In this document: positions 45,322-54,705 of the stretch, in pieces
Layout: each line of letters starts with the position of its first letter
Position numbering within the stretch: the stretch's first letter is position 1
IMG/VR virus record: IMGVR_UViG_3300020045_008916
Span: 1 to 64,000 of that record
From: a virus
Taxonomy: Duplodnaviria > Caudoviricetes
DNA length: 64,000 bases
Reading direction: 5' to 3' (one strand)
Made by a program: the position numbers and the translations under genes
Notes under the pieces: model-generated
Databases searched by the model: none
What the model saw: the letters and a program-made list of their open reading frames with translations, nothing else
What the model was told of the DNA's origin: nothing

Positions 45322-45351
45322 CAAAGGTAATTGATTTTTCGGGATTACAAA
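45322..45351 (-). promoter_or_regulatory. Middle-class promoter
   Basis: AAATAAATTTTG-18 nt-TACCTTTG. Confidence 0.65.
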
Positions 45352-45363
45352 ATTTATTTAAAA

Positions 45364-48300
45364 TTAGTGGCAACCAGCCCAAGTTTTGTTACAAATCCAT
45401 TCATGGCCGAGGGCTACATTAAGGTTCATCAGATTTCCTGTTTTCTGAATAGCATTAGCTATGGCTCTTGAAATATCGTTTGGCATAGTTATATACCACT
45501 TTTTACCGTGGGATACTGCACTAAGCTGTTCACCCTTCCATTCCTTAGCAAAAGCATTTGCCTCATCTTCTGTTTCAAAAACCTTGAACTCCATAAGCGT
45601 GGGATTAACAGCTAGTTGGTTCTCATCGTGGTACTCAATCATGCTACAACAATCTGGCCTACCTACAAAAGGGTCGGTACAATATCCTTTTTCTTCAAGC
45701 TCTTGCATCAAAAACATGGTTGTATATTTTGCACAGATAACCCCAGCACTCTGGAACAAGGCGTTAAGAATACTGTGCTGGCTCCTAATGTTTATTTTTC
45801 TACCATCGATACTCCTAATGTATTTTTTACCAGTGCTTAACCACTCCTTTTCCATAGCATCCTTAGCTTCTTTCAAAGCAGGTGCCGCTTCCCAAAAACC
45901 ATTATACAGTTCTTCGCCTCTTTCTCTCCCCACCACAAACATCTTCATTATTTTAGCTATTTGAGCACCATACGTTATGGAGTATTTGAAACTTTTAGCA
46001 TCTGACCTGCTGATACTCAGCACTTTAGCATTTACGGAGTGGATGTCATCGGGCTTTTCTGCAATCATAGCTTTTGAATATGCTATTCCATCTGTACCTC
46101 TGTAGCAATAGTGGCCTTCTATTCTAGCCTCCAAGCTACTGAAGTCAAAACCACATTGAAGAAAACCTACTCCTGCTCCAAACAAACTTCGCATTTCTAC
46201 CCCATACGTTGATGTTGGTCTAGCCACATTAGCAACACCTATGTGCTTGTACCTGTGTGTGTTGTGAGTTACAATACCGTTTGAAACATAGCTGTGTGCA
46301 TTTTCAATAGTAAGGTCATAAGTAGACTCTCTTCCTTTATAAATTAGAGATTTTATTTTTGTAGGTTTATAGTCTGGCTTGAAAGTATATTCTAAATATT
46401 GGTCATTCTCAATGTTCCATCTAATACCTCTACGTATTTGGCTGACAGTTTCTCTACAAACGCCATATTTTTCGGCTACTCTTCTATCGTCTCCCTTGTT
46501 ATATCCTTTTTTAAAATACTCCCTAATCTCTTCTATATCTTTTTGCTTTAGTTTTGTATCGGAACCCTGTCTCCTTCGCTTACCAATGCCCCCATGTAAT
46601 TTTATATCAAATTTATTTTCTTTGGAAGTGCCATATTTCAAATTGCTTAGGAAATTATTAAAAGTATTACCATCTAAATGTCTACACTCTAAATCTGACA
46701 AGCCTTGAAAAGTTTCAAGAACAGCTCTTCCGATAGATTTTCTTACTTTTGTTCTTCCATCTCCAACATAGAAATCAAAGGTTACAGGCCTTCCAGAGTG
46801 TTTCTCAGCAACCATCGGACTTAAGTACCTACCACGCTTTGTCCTAATTCTTCCCCAAGAGGATACTTCATACTTATCAAAACTGGGATATTCCTTCCAA
46901 ATTTCTTCCCCTTCATAAGAAAACACCAAATCGTTATCCTGTAATTCTTGGCACGTGACCCAACCCCTCTCAGTTAAAAATGGATGATTACCCGTGCATC
47001 TTAGCGTAGCTAAATTTTCTAGAGTCACTTCCCAAACATCTTTTATACCATTCTCAATTTTATCAATCGCTTTTTCGTATTTTCCAGTGTGTGTTAAAAC
47101 TCTATCTACATTTTCAATCACATCAACAATCCTTTTCAAACCATTGTTTGTAATTATTAACGTATCCTCAGTGACACAGGAAGCACCAATTTCTATTGCT
47201 GGTGTTGGTACTCGGCCATCCTCCTCGCGATAGTTTTTCAGAAATCCCGTATTTGGCACCTCGGTATCCATATCCATCTCCTCAATATCTCCACCTGCTA
47301 TGGTAGACTTTCTGTGGCGATATGTCAGGTAATCTGCAAAGTCTTTAGCAAAGGCAACTTTCTCTCCCAAGGCTATCAGATTAGGACAAAGCTCTTTCTC
47401 CACTCCAACCCGTACGGCAGGAGATGTTGGCACACGAACAGGTTTTCTATCTCCCAATCGCTTTTTGATTTTCATATACACCGTATCTTCATCAGCCTTT
47501 AGAAATTCCAATCGTTGTGCCTTGTATTTTCCTCCCATTGTGTCAGCGTACCACCTATCTAGGGCTTTAATCCTTTTGTCCAGTGGAATGGTCTGTTTCT
47601 TGCTATCCTTCGTTAAATCCCTCTCCTTCCAATCGCTCGGGTTCCAGCCCAGTTCTATTAAATACATTTTTACAGTATCCAAGTCATCAATCTCCGCTGG
47701 TACTTCTGTTTTCAAAGGTTCGGTCAGTGGAAGCGTATAGGTCGTTCCCTCGTATAAAAAGCTTTCACCATTTAAAGTAGCTCCCAAGTTTTCTGCAAAC
47801 CTAAGCATACTCTGGGTATAACTCCCATCTTTTTTGACCTGCTGTACAGGGGGAGTATAGAAACTCTTCTCTGTTTGGGTCAACTTCCTTTTGGGTAGTA
47901 TCGGATTTACCTTGTTCGCAAGTTCGGTAAGCTTATTGTCCAAGTCAATCAGAAGTCTCAATGCAAGCGGCTTATCAAAGAAGAAACCCAAAGTCTCCCG
48001 CCTGATTGCGATATCCGCTAGTTTATGTTCCTGCTTAATGGCCATTCGCCAGCCATCATATCCTGCCAGTTCCTGTGTAAGAGCTTTATATGTAGAAGCT
48101 GTGGATGAGCAATCCTGGATACAGTAGTCTGTCATTAAATCATTGAACTCCCAAAACTCTGCACCTTTAGGGTCACTCTTGTCAATATACCCTGCCTCAA
48201 TGCACTTTTCCCTATAATCTGTCTTGAAATTTCCTGTACGTAAACCCCAAGCCATCAGTCCATGCCCTCCCAATCTATCTGGATTTGACATTCTAGAAAG

Positions 48301-48639
48301 GATAAGCGTATCGAGAAATCGCATTTCCCTTCCAAAACACGTGTCTGATTGTTCCAAATATCCAATAGTATATTCAAGAACTCCAAACAATCTTAGAGCA
48401 GGTAAATCGAATTTTATACCATTGTGAGCTAGAATATAATCATAGGGCTCCAATGCGGCCTTCATCCAGTCTTTTGTGATATCTTCTTTTTCTGCTGAGA
48501 CATATTCACCAGTAGCATAGTCTCGAACTACCACACACCATAATCTTGCTGTATCTTTTAACTTGTAAGGAAAACTCCTATGGTCAATCATTTCTTCAAG
48601 AAGGTTGTTGGACTCTATATCTATGATACCTATTTTCAT
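45364..48639 (-). CDS. polA: Family A DNA polymerase (T7-like, 3'-5' exonuclease) interrupted by an intein
   Basis: IDIE, HNGIKFD and YCIQD exonuclease motifs; DFSSLEARI, KSFKYSITYG and YHDE polymerase motifs. Confidence 0.92.
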   Translation of the reverse strand: MKIGIIDIESNNLLEEMIDHRSFPYKLKDTARLWCVVVRDYATGEYVSAEKEDITKDWMKAALEPYDYILAHNGIKFDLPALRLFGVLEYTIGYLEQSDTCFGREMRFLDTLILSRMSNPDRLGGHGLMAWGLRTGNFKTDYREKCIEAGYIDKSDPKGAEFWEFNDLMTDYCIQDCSSTASTYKALTQELAGYDGWRMAIKQEHKLADIAIRRETLGFFFDKPLALRLLIDLDNKLTELANKVNPILPKRKLTQTEKSFYTPPVQQVKKDGSYTQSMLRFAENLGATLNGESFLYEGTTYTLPLTEPLKTEVPAEIDDLDTVKMYLIELGWNPSDWKERDLTKDSKKQTIPLDKRIKALDRWYADTMGGKYKAQRLEFLKADEDTVYMKIKKRLGDRKPVRVPTSPAVRVGVEKELCPNLIALGEKVAFAKDFADYLTYRHRKSTIAGGDIEEMDMDTEVPNTGFLKNYREEDGRVPTPAIEIGASCVTEDTLIITNNGLKRIVDVIENVDRVLTHTGKYEKAIDKIENGIKDVWEVTLENLATLRCTGNHPFLTERGWVTCQELQDNDLVFSYEGEEIWKEYPSFDKYEVSSWGRIRTKRGRYLSPMVAEKHSGRPVTFDFYVGDGRTKVRKSIGRAVLETFQGLSDLECRHLDGNTFNNFLSNLKYGTSKENKFDIKLHGGIGKRRRQGSDTKLKQKDIEEIREYFKKGYNKGDDRRVAEKYGVCRETVSQIRRGIRWNIENDQYLEYTFKPDYKPTKIKSLIYKGRESTYDLTIENAHSYVSNGIVTHNTHRYKHIGVANVARPTSTYGVEMRSLFGAGVGFLQCGFDFSSLEARIEGHYCYRGTDGIAYSKAMIAEKPDDIHSVNAKVLSISRSDAKSFKYSITYGAQIAKIMKMFVVGRERGEELYNGFWEAAPALKEAKDAMEKEWLSTGKKYIRSIDGRKINIRSQHSILNALFQSAGVICAKYTTMFLMQELEEKGYCTDPFVGRPDCCSMIEYHDENQLAVNPTLMEFKVFETEDEANAFAKEWKGEQLSAVSHGKKWYITMPNDISRAIANAIQKTGNLMNLNVALGHEWICNKTWAGCH
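46261..47178 (-). mobile_element. 306-aa intein with a NUMOD4/HNH homing endonuclease
   Basis: Starts CVTEDT (residue 488), ends YVSNGIVTHN before Thr+1; internal WKEYP..KYEVSSWGRI and CRHLDGNTFNNFLSNLKY. Confidence 0.9.
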
Positions 48640-48852
48640 CTATTTGTCTTTGGTTAGCTGAAGATGTAGTGCGCCACCTACTAGTCTTGTTTTTACAATG
48701 CTATGCTTAGAAAGTTTAAAGCCAACTTCGAACATATCTTTTAATAAGTCATCAGCTATTACCAATGTTAGTTCTTCTTGTTCTTGATTTTGTTTGTACT
48801 GTGCATTCAAAGCTACTATTTTTTCATATAGCTCTATATCGTTATCTGTCAT
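48640..48852 (-). CDS. Hypothetical protein
   Basis: Coupled ORF. Confidence 0.5.
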   Translation of the reverse strand: MTDNDIELYEKIVALNAQYKQNQEQEELTLVIADDLLKDMFEVGFKLSKHSIVKTRLVGGALHLQLTKDK

Positions 48853-49350
48853 CTAAAATCCTCCTCTTTTAATTAATTTTTCAATCTGACTTTCTGATAG
48901 GTATTTAAAGCCTGTACGTGCAGCGTTTACGGTGTTCAAAACTTTGAAGGTGCCATTCTCTAGGAGAGCCTTAGAAAACTCTTCTGTGGCGATAGCCTTA
49001 CCCTCTATGTCGTAATCCTCGTGTTCGAAGTAATAGGCTAGCTTATAATTCCCGTTTAATTCAGGTTGAAGCTCAAAACCTTTTGCCCTTAATTCGGATA
49101 ATGTGAAATATTCTTTCCCGCCCGAACTCTTAATATATAGTGAAAGCTGCTGCTCATCTAGCGGAAATTTACCATCCCAGACTTTAACATACTCGCCAAT
49201 AGCATTTACATTTAATGAGTCTGTTGTTAAATACTTACTTGTTGCATAATTATCTCGGTCTGCTATAAATTGAAGGTAAATTTCATCACCATCTGTAACT
49301 TGTTCAAAACCTTTTGCTAGTAATTCTTGTTTACTAAATGTGTTCTTCAT
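48853..49350 (-). CDS. Hypothetical protein with an internal two-fold repeat
   Basis: FSKQELLAKGFEQ / FTLSELRAKGFEL. Confidence 0.55.
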   Translation of the reverse strand: MKNTFSKQELLAKGFEQVTDGDEIYLQFIADRDNYATSKYLTTDSLNVNAIGEYVKVWDGKFPLDEQQLSLYIKSSGGKEYFTLSELRAKGFELQPELNGNYKLAYYFEHEDYDIEGKAIATEEFSKALLENGTFKVLNTVNAARTGFKYLSESQIEKLIKRGGF

Positions 49351-49542
49351 ATTATGTGTTCTAGTTCTTATGCTTGTTGGTAAGGGAATTTTGCTTTTAA
49401 AGGGTCAGCTGTATTAGAAGTTGCTCTCACCAAATAGGGAGTTTTAGTCAACTCGTTAAACTTTACTGCTACGTGGCCACGTTTGATGGCTCTACTAAGT
49501 GATTTGAACTTTTTCATATTGTTTATTAAATTTTAACTTCGA

Positions 49543-49574
49543 CAAACATACGGACATTTTGCTTACCCCACAAA
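49543..49574 (-). promoter_or_regulatory. Middle-class promoter of the replication operon
   Basis: GATAAATTTG-20 nt-TATGTTTG; near mirror of the promoter at 51661-51708. Confidence 0.8.
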
Positions 49575-49628
49575 TTTATCTGAAAATAGTTTTTAAAAAA
49601 TAAATTTTAGAATACGAAATCTTTTATA

Positions 49629-49636
49629 TACTTTTG
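49629..49636 (+). promoter_or_regulatory. Divergent -7 element
   Basis: TACTTTTG 23 nt before the ATG at 49660. Confidence 0.5.
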
Positions 49637-49659
49637 TCGAAACAAATATCAAAGCGTAT

Positions 49660-50088
49660 ATGACGATACAAAGAAAAGACAGAGATTTAGCCGTAACAGT
49701 AGAAGATTTAATGCTAAGCCAACGTTTAAAGATTGCTACCCTTTATTATGAACACGCACCTGACCTTTTAAAAGACTTATTTCTAACGCTCGGTGAAGCA
49801 GCACAACAGGCCACCAAAAGCATCATCATTTCCGAATACAACAAGTACGGTTCCCCTAAGAAGGCCAAAAAAACTTCGGAGGATGGTATCGAGCCTGTAA
49901 GTGTTGACGGGCTTCCACAGTATGAAATGGTACCTTATCTAAGAGCTATCAAAGATTTTAGGAAGTACAACACTTGGTGGAAGATTAAGGAAGGATTGGA
50001 ACGTGACATTTATTTGGCCGACCCGTTGTTTAAATTAGACGCATCTGGTAGAAAGGCTTTGATTGAAAAACTAAGGGGTAGCAATTAA
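49660..50088 (+). CDS. Hypothetical protein
   Basis: ORF with own promoter and a downstream hairpin GGGGTAGC/GCTGCTCC. Confidence 0.6.
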   Translation: MTIQRKDRDLAVTVEDLMLSQRLKIATLYYEHAPDLLKDLFLTLGEAAQQATKSIIISEYNKYGSPKKAKKTSEDGIEPVSVDGLPQYEMVPYLRAIKDFRKYNTWWKIKEGLERDIYLADPLFKLDASGRKALIEKLRGSN

Positions 50089-50204
50089 GCTGCTCCTTTA
50101 AAACTTGAATTTTGAAAGAGACCCTTGGCCAGATATTGTGATTTCTCAAACTCTGGAAATGCAGAATGCTTGGGACAAAGTTTTTAGAGATTGGATTATA
50201 AATT

Positions 50205-50423
50205 GTGAAAATGAAAATAACAAAAATACTTGAGAAAAACGACAGGAAATTTGTTGAAGACCTTAAAAGGGTTTCCGAGTGTCTTGTTATTCCTAATGCT
50301 TCTAATGCTTATCTTCCCGTAACAAAAACCAGACTTGCAAAAGAAGCTGAAAGTGAAAAAATTGTTTACTACTTGACTAAGAAAATTTATAAAGTTGGTC
50401 GGGAGGTTATGGTAATAGTTTAA
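50205..50423 (+). CDS. Hypothetical protein
   Basis: Basic ORF convergent with 50407..50967. Confidence 0.45.
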   Translation: MKMKITKILEKNDRKFVEDLKRVSECLVIPNASNAYLPVTKTRLAKEAESEKIVYYLTKKIYKVGREVMVIV

Positions 50424-50967
50424 AAATTTCATCTAATTTCTCTTGCAAAAAATCCTGAACATGGTACGGAAAAGTAATAAGTTTAATACCTTTCTTTTTA
50501 GCATATCTTATTTTTAGTTTATCTCTATATTTTTGGTCGGCCAATTTTGCAAAAGTATTGTTAAATCTACAAAGCTTATAATGTTGTATGCCATGAAACT
50601 CTATCAAAAGATTGTGGGTTTCTACAAAGAAATCATAACGCAAATACAAGCCAGACATCGGATTTTTACAATCCGAGAATGTTTTCTCCATCACAAAGTC
50701 AATATTTTTAGATTTTAAATATTTTTCTATGATACGTTCTCCTGTAGAACAACCTTTTAAGCCTCTACCTTTAGATGTTGTTTTATCTTTGGGCTGTTTC
50801 CGAACTTTAGTTGCAACTGGATTTTCTAATTCTCGAAGTCTTTTTTGCTCAGCTCTTATTTTTCTTAACTTTTTTAAATTCTCGACATTATCAAGACCGT
50901 ATTTACTTTTAAAACCCATTATATTTTTACTTTGTTGATTAGATACACGTAGCCTTATACCCCTCAA
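50407..50967 (-). CDS. PD-(D/E)xK (Vsr/DUF559-like) endonuclease, probable free-standing homing endonuclease
   Basis: STGERII, LRYDFF, LLIEFHGIQHY and QKYRDKLK motifs; start possibly MGFKSK. Confidence 0.7.
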   Translation of the reverse strand: MRGIRLRVSNQQSKNIMGFKSKYGLDNVENLKKLRKIRAEQKRLRELENPVATKVRKQPKDKTTSKGRGLKGCSTGERIIEKYLKSKNIDFVMEKTFSDCKNPMSGLYLRYDFFVETHNLLIEFHGIQHYKLCRFNNTFAKLADQKYRDKLKIRYAKKKGIKLITFPYHVQDFLQEKLDEIFKLLP

Positions 50968-51391
50968 ATCCTCTTAGCTCAGCACTGAGTGTATTGATTA
51001 GGTTTTATACTGTTAATATTCCCCATAGTAGGGCTCTCTTTCAGTACATTCATTTGCAATAAGTCTACCCATTACCCCTCCCCCAAGCTTAGCTAATTAC
51101 TGTTAGCTAACATCCATGTATCTTACGTTTCTCTTGGTTCTTTTAAAATGGCGGTTTAGAACTTTCGTTTAGCTTACGCTAATTTTGAGGTCATCTAGTT
51201 GCTGGCTTTACCTTATAGCATTGCTAGTTGATATTTGTTCTTCCTAACTTAAATACAGGTTGTTTTTGATTAAGGCTCGTGATTTCCTTTAGCTGTACTA
51301 CCTATACAACAGCTAATAATATGTGAAAGCCTATACTCCGTAACAGTAAAAGCTTTTTAATAGTTTAAAAATGGAAAAATTCCAGACATGC

Positions 51392-51610
51392 AAAAAACAC
51401 CCCCAGATAGTCTGAAGGTGCTCTTGTATAACACACAACCAAGGTCTTTATAAGAACGAACCAGTTTAGAGCCCTTACGGCTTAGAAGTTTGCCCCGTTG
51501 TGTTGGAATGAAAAACAAAGATAGGAAAAATAATCGACCTATTTTTACATAGGTTAATTTGTTACAAGATTGGGAGTCGAACCCAAACAGTACCACATTT
51601 ACTAACTTGA
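51392..51610 (-). ncRNA. Candidate ~220-nt small RNA beginning with a tRNA-like T-arm
   Basis: Late promoter 51615-51645; TTGGG-TTCGACT-CCCAA at 51570-51586; 12-bp terminator hairpin 51397-51422 plus T run. Confidence 0.45.
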
Positions 51611-51614
51611 AGAA

Positions 51615-51645
51615 CAAAGGTAAGTAAAATAATTGAAAGTTTTTA
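51615..51645 (-). promoter_or_regulatory. Late-class promoter
   Basis: CCCCTGTTAAAAACT-15 nt-TACCTTTG, near-identical to 59756-59793. Confidence 0.7.
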
Positions 51646-51676
51646 ACAGGGGTGCATAAAACTATTTTCAGATAAA

Positions 51677-51708
51677 TTTGTGAGTATAAAAAATTAGCAT
51701 TATGTTTG
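51677..51708 (+). promoter_or_regulatory. Middle-class promoter
   Basis: GATAAATTTG-20 nt-TATGTTTG. Confidence 0.8.
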
Positions 51709-51730
51709 CATCAGATTAATAAACAACGAT

Positions 51731-51928
51731 ATGAAAAATACAACAACAATTGAAAAAATTGAAGCAGGAGAAGAAGGATACAAAGCTTTTCTTTTCACAG
51801 ACACTTACGAAACTACTTTAGGATTTTTAAGGCATCCAGATAATGAAGTAACTATTCACACAACTGGCATCATAAAGCTTGATGAAGCAGCACAACAAAC
51901 TTTGTCTGACCTTTTAGCAAACAAATAG
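51731..51928 (+). CDS. Hypothetical protein
   Basis: First ORF after the promoter. Confidence 0.55.
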   Translation: MKNTTTIEKIEAGEEGYKAFLFTDTYETTLGFLRHPDNEVTIHTTGIIKLDEAAQQTLSDLLANK

Positions 51929-51929
51929 G

Positions 51930-52172
51930 ATGAAAACAATAAGTGCTTGGCTAAAGAAGCTTCCCGACCCGCACAGAACGCAAGCTCTTGCTAATTTGAA
52001 ATCACGAGATAAGAATAAAGTAATTGCAAAAACCAAAGTAGAAAAACTCAGTAATGCTGTTCAATCTGCTTTTATTTGGAACACTACGCCTGAAGGCCAT
52101 GTTTATTGGGAAAACTTAATAATTAACATAGAATTACAAGAATATGAACGGAAAAATAGCAAGAGGTCTTAG
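51930..52172 (+). CDS. Hypothetical protein
   Basis: AFIWNTTPEGHVYW motif. Confidence 0.55.
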   Translation: MKTISAWLKKLPDPHRTQALANLKSRDKNKVIAKTKVEKLSNAVQSAFIWNTTPEGHVYWENLIINIELQEYERKNSKRS

Positions 52173-52317
52173 AAAAATGGCCAAGCAAGCAGTAGCAGAA
52201 AAACGCAGTGACTCTAAAAGAGATGCTGTTCTCATCCAACAGGAAACAAGACAATTGTATCAAGGCCTGAAGAGAGGCTATGTAATCGAACGTAAAACTT
52301 TTAACAATTTAAAATAA
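52144..52317 (+). CDS. Small basic protein (not in ORF track)
   Basis: MNGKIARGLRKMAKQ... 57 aa. Confidence 0.5.
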   Translation: MNGKIARGLRKMAKQAVAEKRSDSKRDAVLIQQETRQLYQGLKRGYVIERKTFNNLK

Positions 52318-52318
52318 A

Positions 52319-52591
52319 ATGGCAGACAAAGTATTTGTAGATGGTATCTTCTTGAAAGAGAGAACCTTCCCCAACGGTGGTACCGTAACCTCGGCAGGAT
52401 TTGCAATCGACAAGTTCGTAGCTTTCCTGAAGGCCAATGATAACGGCAAGGGTATGGTGAACATCGATATAAAAAAATCACTTAACGGTGAAAAGATTTA
52501 TGCAGAACTAAATACATACGTTCCACAACAAGAACAGCAAGCGGCTGCTCCTGAAACACCAGCTGAAGAAGAAGGCGAGCTCCCATTTTAA
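52319..52591 (+). CDS. Putative ssDNA-binding protein with an acidic ...EEEGELPF tail
   Basis: Beta-rich body and SSB-type acidic/aromatic C-terminus. Confidence 0.6.
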   Translation: MADKVFVDGIFLKERTFPNGGTVTSAGFAIDKFVAFLKANDNGKGMVNIDIKKSLNGEKIYAELNTYVPQQEQQAAAPETPAEEEGELPF

Positions 52592-52625
52592 TCAAAACAT
52601 TAAACAGCAATTAGAAAAAACAAAG

Positions 52626-52874
52626 ATGAAAAAAATTACCAACTATCTAGTGTTCCTCATCAAAGGTTCATTGGCCGCACGAAGTGCTAAAGCTTCAAAC
52701 CTATTTACAAAAGCTTACAAAAACATCAGCAAAGTCAATGAGGCTATTATCGATGAAAATAACGATATTCAAAAAGCCATTGACAAAGCAAAACAAAAAG
52801 CAGCCGACAACAACCAAGTGCTGAAAGGTAATATGCGCTTGTTGAACAAGCTGGATGAGTTTCTTGTAGGGTAG
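52626..52874 (+). CDS. Coiled-coil hypothetical protein
   Basis: ORF in operon. Confidence 0.55.
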   Translation: MKKITNYLVFLIKGSLAARSAKASNLFTKAYKNISKVNEAIIDENNDIQKAIDKAKQKAADNNQVLKGNMRLLNKLDEFLVG

Positions 52875-52879
52875 ATAAA

Positions 52880-52895
52880 AGGGGAGCAATCCCCT
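52880..52895 (+). terminator. GNRA hairpin identical to 4617..4632
   Basis: AGGGGA-GCAA-TCCCCT then ATTTT. Confidence 0.55.
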
Positions 52896-52903
52896 ATTTT
52901 ATT

Positions 52904-53698
52904 ATGGAAAAGAGAACCGACAAGATTAAAAAAGTTAGCTATGGAGGTTTTTATGCTGATATCAGGAATTGGAACCCCAAGGGCAGAAGTACTCTTGAGA
53001 AGACCCGAATAATCCACGACCAGAAAAACTGCATCATCCACCAATTGACCCGAATTAGAAAACTCAAGTACGTCATCGAATGTTTGGAAAAAGAACGGGA
53101 TGCTAGGGTAAGTATCGAGAAGGTCAGAGAAGTGCGCTCACAGTACAGACGTAAGCTCGAAAATCAGAAGAATAAGGTAGCTGTCAGGGATAACCACTTA
53201 GAAAAGTATGAAGCAGAAATAAAAATTCTTACCGAGAACCTAAAAGTGTATGCAAAAGAAAACGATAAACTTCTCCGAACAGAAGCTAAGAACAAGGATA
53301 TTATCTCCGAACTCAAAGCTACTAAAAGAAAAGTTGTTGTCAAGGAAATCCCAAAGGCTCTTACAGCTTCAGAAAAGCGAGTGGAAAGACTAGCTGGGCA
53401 ACCTCTGTCTGAAAGGGGAGTCAATACTATGGAAGCTACGATAAAAATGGGTAAGTTCTCAGCTGACAATAACATCAGTGTAACAAATTTATCTATTCTC
53501 ATGCAGATTGACCAGTTTAAGAGTGTAAAATTCAGCGAGCTTATCTTGGGGACTAGGGTCAACCTTAAATTTCTTGTGGACAATGAGTACATAAACCACC
53601 AGCTAACAAAGCAGGTCAAGAATTATTTCCTTACAGCTAAGGGAGATAAAATAGTAAAAGCCCTAAAAGACTATATAAGTTACAACAAAGTGATATGA
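52904..53698 (+). CDS. Coiled-coil protein with a C-terminal winged-helix-like domain
   Basis: NLSILMQI...FSEL...LKFLVDNEYI...YFLTAKG MarR-type wing pattern. Confidence 0.5.
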   Translation: MEKRTDKIKKVSYGGFYADIRNWNPKGRSTLEKTRIIHDQKNCIIHQLTRIRKLKYVIECLEKERDARVSIEKVREVRSQYRRKLENQKNKVAVRDNHLEKYEAEIKILTENLKVYAKENDKLLRTEAKNKDIISELKATKRKVVVKEIPKALTASEKRVERLAGQPLSERGVNTMEATIKMGKFSADNNISVTNLSILMQIDQFKSVKFSELILGTRVNLKFLVDNEYINHQLTKQVKNYFLTAKGDKIVKALKDYISYNKVI

Positions 53699-54363
53699 TA
53701 CCAAGAATAAAAGACACAGACGAATATTATGAGCAGGGGTATTATATCTGTACAGCCGATGCCTATCACAATGATACGAGAAAACTCAAAGACGAGAACG
53801 GCAAAGAGATAAAACTACAAATGCTCAACGAGTTGAACCTAAACCACAGAATATCCCACGGAAATATGGCCACCATAGTCAAGACCGTAGGGAAGACCAA
53901 CTTCAAGGTAGGCGACACTATCATAGTGCATCATTTTGCACTAACAGGTTCAGATAGAAAAAAGAAAATCCATTACGAGGAAAACGGTGTAGAGTACTAT
54001 AAGATTTCTATGCGGGAAACTTTCTTCAAATTAGGCAAGGATGGAAAACTTACTCCAAGAGAGGGAGTTCTACTCTGTAAGGGAGTGAAGTATAAGCCTG
54101 AGCAATCTAAGATTTTAGATGACAGGCGGGATTTGGTGCAGGTGGTGGACAAGTGGATGGGATGCAAAGAGTTCAAGCCAAATGACTACCTGTTGTTGGC
54201 AAAGGGAGCGGACTACCAGTTTGAAAATCCGATTACAGGAGAAAGTCATATAAAAGTGGATGTCTACTTTAAAGATGTCTGGGCGATTGTTGACTCGCCA
54301 GATTGGATGCTTACCGAAATCAGAGAACACATTAAAGATTATAATACAAAAGTAACTATATAA
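53695..54363 (+). CDS. GroES-like (tandem) protein
   Basis: ATIVKTVG...FKVGDTIIVHHF GroES-like barrel pattern. Confidence 0.5.
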   Translation: MIPRIKDTDEYYEQGYYICTADAYHNDTRKLKDENGKEIKLQMLNELNLNHRISHGNMATIVKTVGKTNFKVGDTIIVHHFALTGSDRKKKIHYEENGVEYYKISMRETFFKLGKDGKLTPREGVLLCKGVKYKPEQSKILDDRRDLVQVVDKWMGCKEFKPNDYLLLAKGADYQFENPITGESHIKVDVYFKDVWAIVDSPDWMLTEIREHIKDYNTKVTI

Positions 54364-54365
54364 CT

Positions 54366-54671
54366 ATGAGCAAAATAGGCTTTAGACCAAGATTAGATAT
54401 GGTATTGGCAAGACCACTAACAACTATATCAGAAGAAGAGTATGTGATTGGAGATGTAAGAAATCCCATCATTGTAGAAAAGGGAGATGTAATTCCTGTA
54501 GATGATTGGGCTGTTATTGTAGAGGGAAACAAAAGTATTCCAGACCTTAAAGCTGACGACCAAGTATTTTTTAAAGGAAAAGTAGAACAAGTATCTTTCA
54601 ACGGAGACGTTTACTACCTCATAAGAAATGACAGCTGCCTAGGGGTAGCTGATGAGATAGACACCCCATAG
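54366..54671 (+). CDS. groES: Co-chaperonin GroES homologue
   Basis: FRPRLDMVLARP...LKADDQVFF...V..NG..YYLIR...LGV. Confidence 0.7.
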   Translation: MSKIGFRPRLDMVLARPLTTISEEEYVIGDVRNPIIVEKGDVIPVDDWAVIVEGNKSIPDLKADDQVFFKGKVEQVSFNGDVYYLIRNDSCLGVADEIDTP

Positions 54672-54705
54672 AAATTTCATCAAATAAAATTCTTAGATTT
54701 GTCAC

